A stretch of DNA of 64,000 nt from an uncultured bacterium (GTDB lineage Bacteria; UBA8481): the NCBI GenBank assembly GCA_964499705.1, contig CAZCME010000007.1, forward strand, positions 124,001-188,000, given 5' to 3'. Within the stretch, counting starts at the first letter, position 1. Each line of letters opens with the position of its first letter. The notes beneath the pieces were generated by a model. It made no database searches. It had not been told where the DNA came from and saw only the letters and a program-made list of their open reading frames with translations. This document shows, piece by piece, positions 9,219 through 18,303 of the stretch. A program made the position numbers and the translations under genes.

Positions 9219-10498
9219 GGCGATGCCAGCCCGAATGACTCTTCCGCTTCACGCCGGAATTCCTTCATTTCACGGTCGATCCTCTCCCGATTCCACCCCA
9301 TCCGGGTCGCCGTGGCCTCCGCCTTGGCGGCGATAGCGGACGCGTCGCCGGAGAAACCTGTGTATTCGCGGCGCAGGAGAACATCCGAAAGCTTCGTGCA
9401 GAATGCGGTTTCATCGCAGAGCGGAATCCGCGCCTCGGATGTCCAGGGCCGGGGCGTCTCATGAAAATGCTCCCGCTCGATATGATTCACGGCGCGTTCC
9501 GCCATCAATCTCATCGTCGTGAGTTTTCCTCCCACAACGACCGTCAGGGAGGGCATCGCCGGGTGACTCGCCACAAGTTCTCCGCGCGATCGATCGGACG
9601 CCCGGCCCGCGGAGGCCAGCAGCGGTCGCAATCCGGTCCATGCTCCACGAACGGAATCTCCTGCCTCGGGCAGGTGCTTTTTCAGCTCCCTCAGCAGATA
9701 CTCGATCTCCTCATCGCGCGGCCGAACCTGCGAAGGGTCAGACGTATCGTCCAGGTCGGTGGTTCCGACGAGCGTCCCGCCGAACGCGGGGAGCGCGAAG
9801 AAGACGCGGCCGTCGGATGAGGCCTGCAACAGGCGCGGCTCCGCGATGGGCGAAGTCATCAGGAGATGCGTCCCGCGCGTCGGCGCCAGGAGCGGGCAGG
9901 GAAACGGGAGAGACCACAGGGATAGCAACCGGTCCGTCCAGGGACCGGCGCAGAGGATCAGAGCGCGGGGCTTGAATTCTTCTCCGCGTTCCGACACGAC
10001 GAGCCCCTCTCGATCGATCGACTTCACGCCGCAGTACGTCGCGATCTCCGCGCCGCGCCGTACGGCATCCGCGGCGAGAGAAGCCGCGAGACGTTCCGGC
10101 CGGCAGATGCCGTCCACGTAGCTGAAACCGTCTGATTCGATCCGCATGTTTTTCGAAAACGACAACAGGTCATACAACGCCAGCCCGGCTCCTATATACC
10201 ACCGCGCCCTCGCTCCGCCGGAAACAGGCAGCCGGAAACGGGCGCGCGCCACCAGCTCGGGCGCCGTTCGAAAGAGCATCTCCCGTTCGGTAAGAGATTC
10301 GCGCACAAGCCCGAGCTGCAGGCGTTCGAGGTACCGGAGTCCGCCGTGAGCCATCCGGGAAGACCGGGACGTCGTGCCCGATCCGAGATCATTCTTCTCC
10401 AGGAGAACGACGGAATGGCCGCGCCCCGCCGCGTCCCGCGCGGCCGCGCATCCCGTGATGCCGCCTCCGATAATGAGTATGTCGGGTGTGAAGTTCAT
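9215..10498 (-). CDS. glpD: FAD-dependent glycerol-3-phosphate dehydrogenase/oxidase
   Basis: Motifs IIGGGITG, RDAAGRG, EKNDLGSGTTSRSSRMAHGGLRYLE, GTTD, GLRPL and GGKLTTMRLMAE. Confidence 0.85.
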   Translation of the reverse strand: MNFTPDILIIGGGITGCAAARDAAGRGHSVVLLEKNDLGSGTTSRSSRMAHGGLRYLERLQLGLVRESLTEREMLFRTAPELVARARFRLPVSGGARARWYIGAGLALYDLLSFSKNMRIESDGFSYVDGICRPERLAASLAADAVRRGAEIATYCGVKSIDREGLVVSERGEEFKPRALILCAGPWTDRLLSLWSLPFPCPLLAPTRGTHLLMTSPIAEPRLLQASSDGRVFFALPAFGGTLVGTTDLDDTSDPSQVRPRDEEIEYLLRELKKHLPEAGDSVRGAWTGLRPLLASAGRASDRSRGELVASHPAMPSLTVVVGGKLTTMRLMAERAVNHIEREHFHETPRPWTSEARIPLCDETAFCTKLSDVLLRREYTGFSGDASAIAAKAEATATRMGWNRERIDREMKEFRREAEESFGLASP

Positions 10499-10504
10499 GG
10501 TGTC

Positions 10505-10591
10505 AGACTACCACATTGTCCCGGCGGGATTTTCGTGAAAATGACAATTTCACGAAAAGGCATGCTGGCGAATATGGCAATGTGGTAGTCT
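10505..10591. promoter_or_regulatory. Mirror-symmetric divergent promoter pair with a central operator-like palindrome
   Basis: Perfect 14-bp inverted repeat agactaccacattg (10505-10518) / caatgtggtagtct (10578-10591); each arm reads TGTGG-TAGTCT (extended -10) towards its own gene. Inner palindrome ttttcgtgaaa (10530-10540) / tttcacgaaaa (10548-10558). Confidence 0.6.
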
Positions 10592-10599
10592 CACGCCGC

Positions 10600-11109
10600 A
10601 TGGAAATTTATCTCAAGGAGTTCCTTTTTACGGCTCGTGCCGTGCTGTTCGGGAGGACGCGCGACGCATGCGCGATCCTGGACCGCGTGAAGCCCGAAAA
10701 GTTGATGGCGTTCCAGCTCGTCATCGGTTTTTGCATCGGCCTCCAGACCCTGCATCCGCTCCGTGTCTTCGGATTTCCGCTCTTCCTGACCGGCATGACG
10801 ATCCTCTGGCTCTTTCTGTATGCCGCCATGATCGAATCGAAACGCGAGGACATGACAACGCTGTACAGGTATTTCTTCGGGTCATCGCTCTTCCTCCTTC
10901 CCGGCGTCATCCCGATCGTCGGTCCGAAGCTCCTGGAGATTCTCATCCTCGGCTGGCCATGCGTCCTGTCGCGCTTCATCGCACACGGTTTCGAACAGAA
11001 GCCGGGACGCATCTTCTGTCATCTGACCCTGCCCGTCATCGGTCTCTACGCAACTTTGCAGATCGTCCTCCTGATCGTGGGCAATATTTTTTCGCTGACC
11101 GCGCGCTGA
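10600..11109 (+). CDS. Hypothetical multi-pass membrane protein
   Basis: Several hydrophobic segments. The ATG at 10600 follows TAGTCT by 8 nt. Confidence 0.6.
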   Translation: MEIYLKEFLFTARAVLFGRTRDACAILDRVKPEKLMAFQLVIGFCIGLQTLHPLRVFGFPLFLTGMTILWLFLYAAMIESKREDMTTLYRYFFGSSLFLLPGVIPIVGPKLLEILILGWPCVLSRFIAHGFEQKPGRIFCHLTLPVIGLYATLQIVLLIVGNIFSLTAR

Positions 11110-11150
11110 TGGGCTTCTCACACCCCGTGGGAAGGGTGTATTCTTCCGCC

Positions 11151-11813
11151 ATGAAGCCCGCCGAGAAATCGCGATCCCGCAAGCCTCGATCCGCAGCGAC
11201 CGAGCAACCCTCCCGGGAACCGAAGCAGCCGATCTCCTGGAGCGACATCGATCTCGTGAAACGCCATCCCGCGATCATGCGGCGGAGCGAATCCATCATC
11301 GTCGTCATCGACATGCAGGAAAAGCTCATGACCGCCATGAAGGAGCGGTACGAGATCATCATGCAGTCCGGCAAATTGCTTCAGGCGGCCTCCATTCTCT
11401 CCGTCCCCGTTCTCGTCACCGAACAATACCCGAAGGGGCTCGGACACACGGACAAGAGGCTCGCTGCCTTCCTGGATGGCGCCGCGTTCTTCGAGAAGAC
11501 TTCGTTTTCCGCCGTCGGCGAAACCAGTTTCGTGACCGCGCTGGAAAACTCCGGCCGCAAGCATGTCGCGCTCGTGGGAATCGAGACGCACGTCTGCGTC
11601 GCGCAGACCGCGCTGGATCTGAAGGTGCGCGGCTATGAGGTCACCGTGGCCGCGGATGCGATCGCATCCCGGAAATGCACCGATCGCGATGTCGCGCTGG
11701 AACTGATGAAGGCATCCGGCATCACGATCGCCACGGTCGAAGCGATCATCTTCCAGATGCTGGAAAAGTCCGGCGGAGAAGAGTTCAAGAAGATCCTGGA
11801 GCTTGTGAAGTAA
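11151..11813 (+). CDS. Isochorismatase-family cysteine hydrolase
   Basis: Motifs VVIDMQEKL, TEQYPKGLGHT, EKTSFSA and GIETHVCVAQTALDL. Start trimmed to ATG 11151. Confidence 0.9.
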   Translation: MKPAEKSRSRKPRSAATEQPSREPKQPISWSDIDLVKRHPAIMRRSESIIVVIDMQEKLMTAMKERYEIIMQSGKLLQAASILSVPVLVTEQYPKGLGHTDKRLAAFLDGAAFFEKTSFSAVGETSFVTALENSGRKHVALVGIETHVCVAQTALDLKVRGYEVTVAADAIASRKCTDRDVALELMKASGITIATVEAIIFQMLEKSGGEEFKKILELVK

Positions 11814-11816
11814 TCC

Positions 11817-13199
11817 CTACAGCTGCCGCGTTTCCCGCTCCACCGCCAGCACGAGCCCCAGCAGCGTGAAAACCGTCACCATCGCCGTGCCGCCGTAGGA
11901 TGCCAGGGGAAGCGGAATTCCCATGATCGGCATCATCCCGATCGCCATGCCCATGTTGACGACCACGTGCGTCATGAGGATCGTCGCCGTGCCTACGCAG
12001 ATCAGGGAACCGAAACGATCGCGCGCCTGGGCGGATATCCAGAGAATCCGCAACACGAGGAGCGCAAATGCTCCGACGACCATTGCGACTCCGAAGAAAC
12101 CGAAGACTTCCCCGATCACGCTGAAGATGAAGTCGGTCTGCCGCTCCGGCAGGAATCCGAGCGCGGACTGCGTGGCTCCGCGGAATCCCTTGCCGAAGAT
12201 TCCGCCCGATCCGAAGGCGATCTGGGACTGGATGATGTTGTAGCCGGATCCCTTGGGATCGAGCTGGGGCGCGAGAAACGTGAGGAGCCGAAGCTTCTGG
12301 TAGGGCTTCAGGTGATCCGTGAGGAGAAAGGAACCGTAGAGGGAAGCAGCCGGGAGGAACGCATAGAGAAACGCGGTGAAGGAATGGCGCATCCGCATGA
12401 GACGCATCGCGAAAGCTACAGCCACGCCGGCCACGGTCATCACCACAAGAAGCGCGAGCGCCGGTCGCGAGTCGGTCACGATAATCTTCATGAATCCGTC
12501 CGGCAGGATGTTCAGGCTCTCCACGGCCATTCCCGTCATCAACCGGACGCCCGCAAGAATGCACGAGACCAGGATGAGGACGAGATATTGAGAAGGAAGC
12601 CCGGCCGCGAACGGAAGCGTCAGCAGGAGGGAGAGGAAAACGATCACGGTCCCCATGTCCGGCTGCTTCAGGACAAGCGCCGCCGGTACGCCCACGAGGA
12701 CCGCGGAGGAGAGGAGGGATATCAGCGGCTTCGATTCGCGCGAAGGAGACGAGAGAAACCGCGCCGCGGAAAGCACCAGCACGATCTTGACGATTTCCGA
12801 GGGCTGGAAAGTGATGAAGCCAAGCGAGATCCAGGCGCGGATATTGCGGATCTTCAGGCCGATTCCGGGAACGAGAACGAGAACCAGGAGAAGAATGCCG
12901 CCCGCGTAGATTCCCACGGTACGACCGCGCACTTTTTCCAGATCGGAAAAGGCGAACCACGTCATGCCCGCCAGTCCCAGCAGACCCCAGACAAGATGCT
13001 TCACGAAAGGCGTCGAGAAGTCCGTCGCCAGGTCCGGTTGGATCTCGAAGGCGATCGGGTGATACACGACGGAGTACAGGGCGCAGAGCGAAAAGACGAA
13101 GATCGTGACGGCGGGAAGTACGATGTAGGGATCGAGCACCATCCGGAGATTGGACGAGCGCGACGTGGAGTAAACCTCCTCCGGTTTTCTGAGCCTCAT
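11817..13199 (-). CDS. rodA: Rod shape-determining SEDS glycosyltransferase RodA
   Basis: Motifs FQPSEIVKI, KQPDMGT, LKPYQKLR, GYNIIQSQIAFGSGG, FLPERQTDFIF and GIPLPLASYGG. Its ATG overlaps the mrdA stop. Confidence 0.95.
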   Translation of the reverse strand: MRLRKPEEVYSTSRSSNLRMVLDPYIVLPAVTIFVFSLCALYSVVYHPIAFEIQPDLATDFSTPFVKHLVWGLLGLAGMTWFAFSDLEKVRGRTVGIYAGGILLLVLVLVPGIGLKIRNIRAWISLGFITFQPSEIVKIVLVLSAARFLSSPSRESKPLISLLSSAVLVGVPAALVLKQPDMGTVIVFLSLLLTLPFAAGLPSQYLVLILVSCILAGVRLMTGMAVESLNILPDGFMKIIVTDSRPALALLVVMTVAGVAVAFAMRLMRMRHSFTAFLYAFLPAASLYGSFLLTDHLKPYQKLRLLTFLAPQLDPKGSGYNIIQSQIAFGSGGIFGKGFRGATQSALGFLPERQTDFIFSVIGEVFGFFGVAMVVGAFALLVLRILWISAQARDRFGSLICVGTATILMTHVVVNMGMAIGMMPIMGIPLPLASYGGTAMVTVFTLLGLVLAVERETRQL

Positions 13200-15085
13200 T
13201 CCGGCGCTCCGGTCGACGCGGGCTGCTCGGCCGATGCTCCGTCCCCTGTCGCGCTCGATTCCTCGGAACGCGCCCTGCGGGCCCTTCGAGGCTTCTCCAC
13301 GACCGTGTCGCTGATCCATCCCTCGCGACGCGCGTAGCGTTCCAGAACATACTTCGCGATCGGCGCGGCCACGGTGCCTCCGTGCTGTCCGACATCCTCC
13401 AGCATCACGCACATCCCGATCCGGGGATCCTCCACCGGCGATGCGCAGATGAACCAGGCATGATCGAGTCCCGAGGGGCTCTGCGCCGTCCCGGTCTTGC
13501 CGCCGACGGAGAGTCCCTCGATCTGCGCGCGGCGCCCGGTGCCCGCGTCCACGACGAGTCGCATGGCCTTGTGGAGCGCTGCGATCGCCTCCTCCGACAA
13601 ATTGAGCTGCGACTGAACCTCCGGCGTGAATCGCGAAATCACCACACCTTCTCCATCCTCCAGTTGCTCCACCGGACTCGGCCGCATGCGTAATCCTCCC
13701 GCTGAAGCGCTCGACACCAGCCGCGCCATCTGCGCGGGCGAGACGAGAACATACCCCTGGCCGATCGCGGTGTTCCGGACATCGCCCGTTCCCCAATGCT
13801 CGCCGTCCGGCCCCTTCACGTGAGTCCGTTCCCATTCCGGAGTCGGTACCACGCCGTGTTCCTCCGGCCCCAGCCCGAACCCGGGAAACTGGTCCAGCCC
13901 CAGCGCCACGGCCATTTCATGCAGCGGCTCGATCCAGACCCGTTCCCCCGCCTGGTAGAAATACACATTGCACGAATGCTGATACGCGTTCACGAGCGAA
14001 AGCGTTCCGTGTCCGCCCTTCTTCCAGCATTTCATGCCGGCATATTCGCCGCCGCACGAGAACGTGGTCGTCGGTTTCAATTTTCCCGTGAGAAGTCCCG
14101 CCAGCATCGTCACCGTCTTGAACGTGGAGCCGGGGGAGTACAGCGATTGCAGAGCGCGGTTGAAGAGGGGCAGTGACGTATCGGTGAAGAGTTTGACGCG
14201 TTCCGCGGACCGCTTCCGGTCCACGAAGACATTGGGATCGTACGCGGGCGCGGAATATAGAGCGAGTATCCGGCCGGTCTTCGGTTCGAGCGCGACGAGG
14301 GCTCCGTTGGAATCGCCGAAGGCCTCGTGAGCCCATTTCTGGAGATCGGCGTCGACGGTCAAGGTCGCCCTGACGCCGGCAACCGCGGGCTGAACGGACA
14401 GCCTCCGCACGATCTGGCCCAGCGCATCGACTTCCACGTTCTCGAAACCCTTCACGCCCGCGAGTTGCGCCTCGAGCGCGAGTTCGACTCCGGATCGCCC
14501 CACCCAGTCACCGCGGATGTACCCCGTCATCTCCTCGATTTCCTTCGGGGAGACCTCGCCGATGTAACCCATCAGGTGCGCCGTGGCCGGTCCCAGCGGA
14601 TAATACCTCAGCTCGCGATGCTCGATGAGGATGCCGGGCAGCTCGTACTTGCGCTCCGAGATGGCCGCGACGATCCGGTTGGAAACGTCGGGGACAAGAA
14701 GCACGGAATTGAACGGTCGCTTCCGCGCATCGCGCATCAATTCCAGGAGCACCTCGGGATCTTCCTTCGTCATGCGGGCGATCTCCCCCGCGATCCGCTC
14801 GAAGGCGTCGCGGGGAACGCCCTTCGGTAGAAACGTGACGTCGAAGGACGGTCGGTTCGTCGCGAGAGGGACTCCACGGCGATCCACGATCACACCGCGC
14901 GCGGGCCGGAGGACACGCTGCTGGATCGCGTTCGATTCCGACACAAGCGCATACGCGTCGCCTTCGACGCACTGGAGCCAGTAACAGCGGGCGAGAAGGC
15001 CTGTCATCAGCAGGAGCGCGCAGACGGCTAGCAGCAGGGAACGCCCGGTATACGGGAGGGCGCGCTTTCGGGATTTCTCAGCCAT
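13196..15085 (-). CDS. mrdA: Penicillin-binding protein 2
   Basis: Motifs PARGVIVDR, RYYPLG..AHLMGY, SxxK (GSTFK), SCN, KTGTAQ and DHAWF; lies in the mre operon. Confidence 0.96.
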   Translation of the reverse strand: MAEKSRKRALPYTGRSLLLAVCALLLMTGLLARCYWLQCVEGDAYALVSESNAIQQRVLRPARGVIVDRRGVPLATNRPSFDVTFLPKGVPRDAFERIAGEIARMTKEDPEVLLELMRDARKRPFNSVLLVPDVSNRIVAAISERKYELPGILIEHRELRYYPLGPATAHLMGYIGEVSPKEIEEMTGYIRGDWVGRSGVELALEAQLAGVKGFENVEVDALGQIVRRLSVQPAVAGVRATLTVDADLQKWAHEAFGDSNGALVALEPKTGRILALYSAPAYDPNVFVDRKRSAERVKLFTDTSLPLFNRALQSLYSPGSTFKTVTMLAGLLTGKLKPTTTFSCGGEYAGMKCWKKGGHGTLSLVNAYQHSCNVYFYQAGERVWIEPLHEMAVALGLDQFPGFGLGPEEHGVVPTPEWERTHVKGPDGEHWGTGDVRNTAIGQGYVLVSPAQMARLVSSASAGGLRMRPSPVEQLEDGEGVVISRFTPEVQSQLNLSEEAIAALHKAMRLVVDAGTGRRAQIEGLSVGGKTGTAQSPSGLDHAWFICASPVEDPRIGMCVMLEDVGQHGGTVAAPIAKYVLERYARREGWISDTVVEKPRRARRARSEESSATGDGASAEQPASTGAPE

Positions 15086-15108
15086 GCGGATCGCTGACTA
15101 TGGTGACG

Positions 15109-15615
15109 TCAGCGTCTCGAACGCAGGACCGATAGAAAGGGACTGACGAGAACTGCCGCGATGAGGTTCATCACGAGGAAGGCCGCGGCGGGCTGCAGAG
15201 CGGAAAGCTGACCGCCGAGCGGCGCGGAAATGCCGGCGAGGCGCGCAAGGAGCCACGTGGCCGGTACATACAGAAAGAGCAGAGGAGCGGCGACGACGAC
15301 GCGGACGGCGTCGGGCCAGGGCGGGATGATGCGGACGAGGCGACCGGCGAGATATCCGACAAGAGCCATCGCGCAGAGATTGACGCCGAGCGCCGAGGAA
15401 CCGAGGAGATCGACGAGAAAGCCGGTCAGCATGCCGCAGACGACGCCGAAGAGAGGCCCGTTGCATGCGCCCACCGCCAGGACGACGCAGAGCGGAATCG
15501 CGGGAGCGATGGGGAGCATCATCCCGAGAACGGGCTCCACGATGAAGGACGCCACGATGGCGACCATCACCGCCGTGACGATCCGGGCCCAGGACATCGG
15601 GATCATGTTCGCCAT
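15109..15615 (-). CDS. mreD: Rod shape-determining protein MreD
   Basis: Hydrophobic protein with GFLVDLL..GVN, located between mreC and mrdA. Confidence 0.8.
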   Translation of the reverse strand: MANMIPMSWARIVTAVMVAIVASFIVEPVLGMMLPIAPAIPLCVVLAVGACNGPLFGVVCGMLTGFLVDLLGSSALGVNLCAMALVGYLAGRLVRIIPPWPDAVRVVVAAPLLFLYVPATWLLARLAGISAPLGGQLSALQPAAAFLVMNLIAAVLVSPFLSVLRSRR

Positions 15616-16445
15616 CAGCGGGATCTGCCGGGGCTCGTGACCCAGACGTACCGGATTTTCTCCAGGGGAACAGCCGGCTCGACGAAAATATCATGAAACA
15701 CCGCGCTGCCGGATCCGAGGTATTTCACGTGTCCAAGAAGAAGTCCCTCGGGAAAGATCGTGCCGTCTTCCGATGTGAGAACTTCATCGCCCGTCGCGAT
15801 CTCCTGATCCCGCGGCACGAATTCGAGGCGCGCCAGCGCCCGGTCCTGCGCTCCGGCAAAAACATGCCCGCTGGAACCGCGGATCGATGCCGACACACGA
15901 CAGGAGGGATCCAGGACCGTCATCACCTTGGAGACTGTCGGACCCGCCTCGACGACGCGGCCCACGACCGCGGCGCGATCTCCGATCGCCGCCAGCACGA
16001 TGCTGCCGACCTTGACGTCGACGGCCGTGCCCTTGTCGATGAGGAGCGACTTCTGGCCGAGACCGGCGAACTGGGCCGTGACGGTCGCGATCGTCCCCTT
16101 CACCGGCATTACCGCCGGAAGCGCGATCGTGGAACGAAGCTGGTTCAGTTCTCTCTCCAGGGAATCCGCTCGCGCCGCGAGCAGGGAGTTCTGAAGAAGA
16201 GCGGACGTGGCGGATCGTGTCGTGTTGTCCTGCCCGGAGACCGACTCCACGAGCGCCGACCGGATGCTTCCGGCGAAGATGAGGGCGGGCCGCAGGGGCG
16301 CGAGCATCCACGCCTTCCAGGAAGTCTGGATCGGCAGACGATGCGCGGCGGCGCCGATCAGCGACACCACGATCGCGGCCGTCAGGAGCGATCGCGCGCG
16401 TGTATCGACATCCGCGCGATAACCGGTATCGAGAGGTCGGATCAT
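15615..16445 (-). CDS. mreC: Rod shape-determining protein MreC
   Basis: TM helix, coiled coil, IDKGTAVDVKVG, VVGRV and GDEVLTSEDGTIFPEGLLLG; downstream of mreB. Confidence 0.9.
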   Translation of the reverse strand: MIRPLDTGYRADVDTRARSLLTAAIVVSLIGAAAHRLPIQTSWKAWMLAPLRPALIFAGSIRSALVESVSGQDNTTRSATSALLQNSLLAARADSLERELNQLRSTIALPAVMPVKGTIATVTAQFAGLGQKSLLIDKGTAVDVKVGSIVLAAIGDRAAVVGRVVEAGPTVSKVMTVLDPSCRVSASIRGSSGHVFAGAQDRALARLEFVPRDQEIATGDEVLTSEDGTIFPEGLLLGHVKYLGSGSAVFHDIFVEPAVPLEKIRYVWVTSPGRSR

Positions 16446-16448
16446 TCC

Positions 16449-17480
16449 TCAGCTGACCTTGCGGAGGCTGCCCTTTATTTCGTTCAGGTATTTGCCGGTT
16501 CCCAGCGCGACGACGGAGAGCGGATCCTCCGCGATGGTGATCGGGAGTCCCGTCTCGTCATGCAGGAGATTCTGCAGCCCGCGGATGAGCGCGCCTCCGC
16601 CGGCGATGATCATGCCGTTCTCCATGATGTCGCCCGCCAGTTCGGGCGGCGTGTTCTCCAGCGTCTGCTTGATGGCGTCGACGATGTCGGAAACCGGTTC
16701 CATCATCGCCTCGCGAATTTCGCCGGCCGTGATGGAGATCGTCTTGGGCATGCCGGTGTAGTCGCGTCCGCGGACTTCCTTCGTGACGAGATCGTCCTTG
16801 GAGGGATAGACATTTCCGAGCTCGATCTTGATGTCCTCGGCCGTGCGGTCTCCGATCTGGAGATTATGGACGCGGCGCATGTAATTGACGATCGCCTCGT
16901 CGATCTTGTCTCCCGCCATGCGAAGCGAGCGCGCGACGACGATGTCTCCGAGCGAGATGATCGCGACCTCGGTGGTGCCTCCGCCGATCGTGATGATCAT
17001 GTTCCCGATCGGCTCCTCGATCTTCATATCGCAGCCGATCGCGGCCGCGATGCACTCCTCGATGAGCCAGACCTGAGATGCTCCCGCCTGCAGCGCGGAT
17101 TCGCGGACGGCGCGCTTCTCGACTTCCGTGATGCCGGAGGGAACTCCGATGACGATGCGGGGGGCGACGAGATTGCGGCGGTTGTGGACCTTGTGGATGA
17201 AGTGGCGGATCATCTTCTCGGCGACGGCGAAATCGGAGATGACTCCATCGCGCATCGGGCGGATGGCGCGAATGCCGGCCGGAGTGCGGCCGACCATCAG
17301 CTTGGCTTCCTCGCCGACCGCGAGCACTTCGCCGTCCTTGAGAGCGACGACGGAGGGTTCCCGGAGAACGATCCCACGACCTTCGACATAGACGAGCGTG
17401 TTGGCCGTGCCGAGGTCGATTCCCATGTCATTGGAGAAACGTCCCCAGAGATTCTGAATCCGTACCAGCGATTTCTTCAT
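16449..17480 (-). CDS. mreB: Actin-like rod shape-determining protein MreB
   Basis: Motifs [47 protein letters not shown] and GGGALIRGL. Start at 17480 has an upstream AAGGAG. Confidence 0.97.
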   Translation of the reverse strand: MKKSLVRIQNLWGRFSNDMGIDLGTANTLVYVEGRGIVLREPSVVALKDGEVLAVGEEAKLMVGRTPAGIRAIRPMRDGVISDFAVAEKMIRHFIHKVHNRRNLVAPRIVIGVPSGITEVEKRAVRESALQAGASQVWLIEECIAAAIGCDMKIEEPIGNMIITIGGGTTEVAIISLGDIVVARSLRMAGDKIDEAIVNYMRRVHNLQIGDRTAEDIKIELGNVYPSKDDLVTKEVRGRDYTGMPKTISITAGEIREAMMEPVSDIVDAIKQTLENTPPELAGDIMENGMIIAGGGALIRGLQNLLHDETGLPITIAEDPLSVVALGTGKYLNEIKGSLRKVS

Positions 17481-17666
17481 TGTTCCACTCTCCTTGCGCA
17501 ATATGCGCGCGCCGCCCGGCGCGTGACGAGCGACACCTGTCCGCGTACAATCCGCATGATGCGCCCGCACTACTTTTCGGATTTTTTCCGCAGATTCTTG
17601 AGCGGGCATGTTGCGGAATTTCAAGGACGGGAGCGTTCGGAGAGCCTGTCGGAGAGAAGCGGAAGT

Positions 17667-18239
17667 TTGAGCAGAAACTTAATCGTCGCTGCGCTCTTGG
17701 GGTTGTCTCTCTCGGCATGCACCGGGCTCTTCTCCACCGTCTTCGGCCAGGACAATCCCGGTCTCTTCGTCCACGTCGAGCCGCATTATCGTCTCCCCTT
17801 CGCAAACAGCCGGAATCATCATCTGCTCGTGCAGGGGGTCGGCGGAAGGTTCAGTCACACGGACAGCGGAGCGTGGGCATTCGACTGGTCGATGCCGACG
17901 GGCACCCCGGTGCTCGCCGCGCGCGACGGCGTCGTGTCATCGCTCCGGATTGGTCCGGAAGATCGATCGCTTCCGCTGGAGAAGCGTCCGTCGAATTTCG
18001 TGCGCGTCCGGCACGGCGACGGTACGATCGCCTGCTATGCGCACCTCGACAGCGTCTGCGTGGTCGTGAAACAACGGATTCAAACGGGGGAACAACTTGG
18101 CTGGAGCGGCAACACGGGATTTTCGACGCAACCGCATCTGCATTTCCAGGTGGAGTCGGGCACGGTCACGATTCCGATCTCGTTCGTCGACGTCGACGAT
18201 CCGGCCGGCATTCCGCGCGCGGGACGGTTCTATCCATGA
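17667..18239 (+). CDS. M23-family metallopeptidase lipoprotein
   Basis: Lipobox LSAC; SH...[22 protein letters not shown] and [14 protein letters not shown]. True 3' portion of ORF 15693..18239; the TTG start is inferred. Confidence 0.85.
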   Translation: MSRNLIVAALLGLSLSACTGLFSTVFGQDNPGLFVHVEPHYRLPFANSRNHHLLVQGVGGRFSHTDSGAWAFDWSMPTGTPVLAARDGVVSSLRIGPEDRSLPLEKRPSNFVRVRHGDGTIACYAHLDSVCVVVKQRIQTGEQLGWSGNTGFSTQPHLHFQVESGTVTIPISFVDVDDPAGIPRAGRFYP

Positions 18240-18303
18240 TTCTGTGAAATTTCGCACCGACTCACGCATGGTTTCTCGAGCGATCGGGAAATATCATTTC
18301 CTC

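Noticed and set aside
13200-13835. Apparent 212-aa N-terminal extension of RodA
   Set aside because: It overlaps mrdA in another frame; the ATG at 13199 coupled to the mrdA stop is the natural start.
15693-17666. 848-aa ORF suggesting a large M23 fusion protein
   Set aside because: The 5' part is antisense to mreC and mreB; only the lipoprotein M23 portion from about 17667 is credible.
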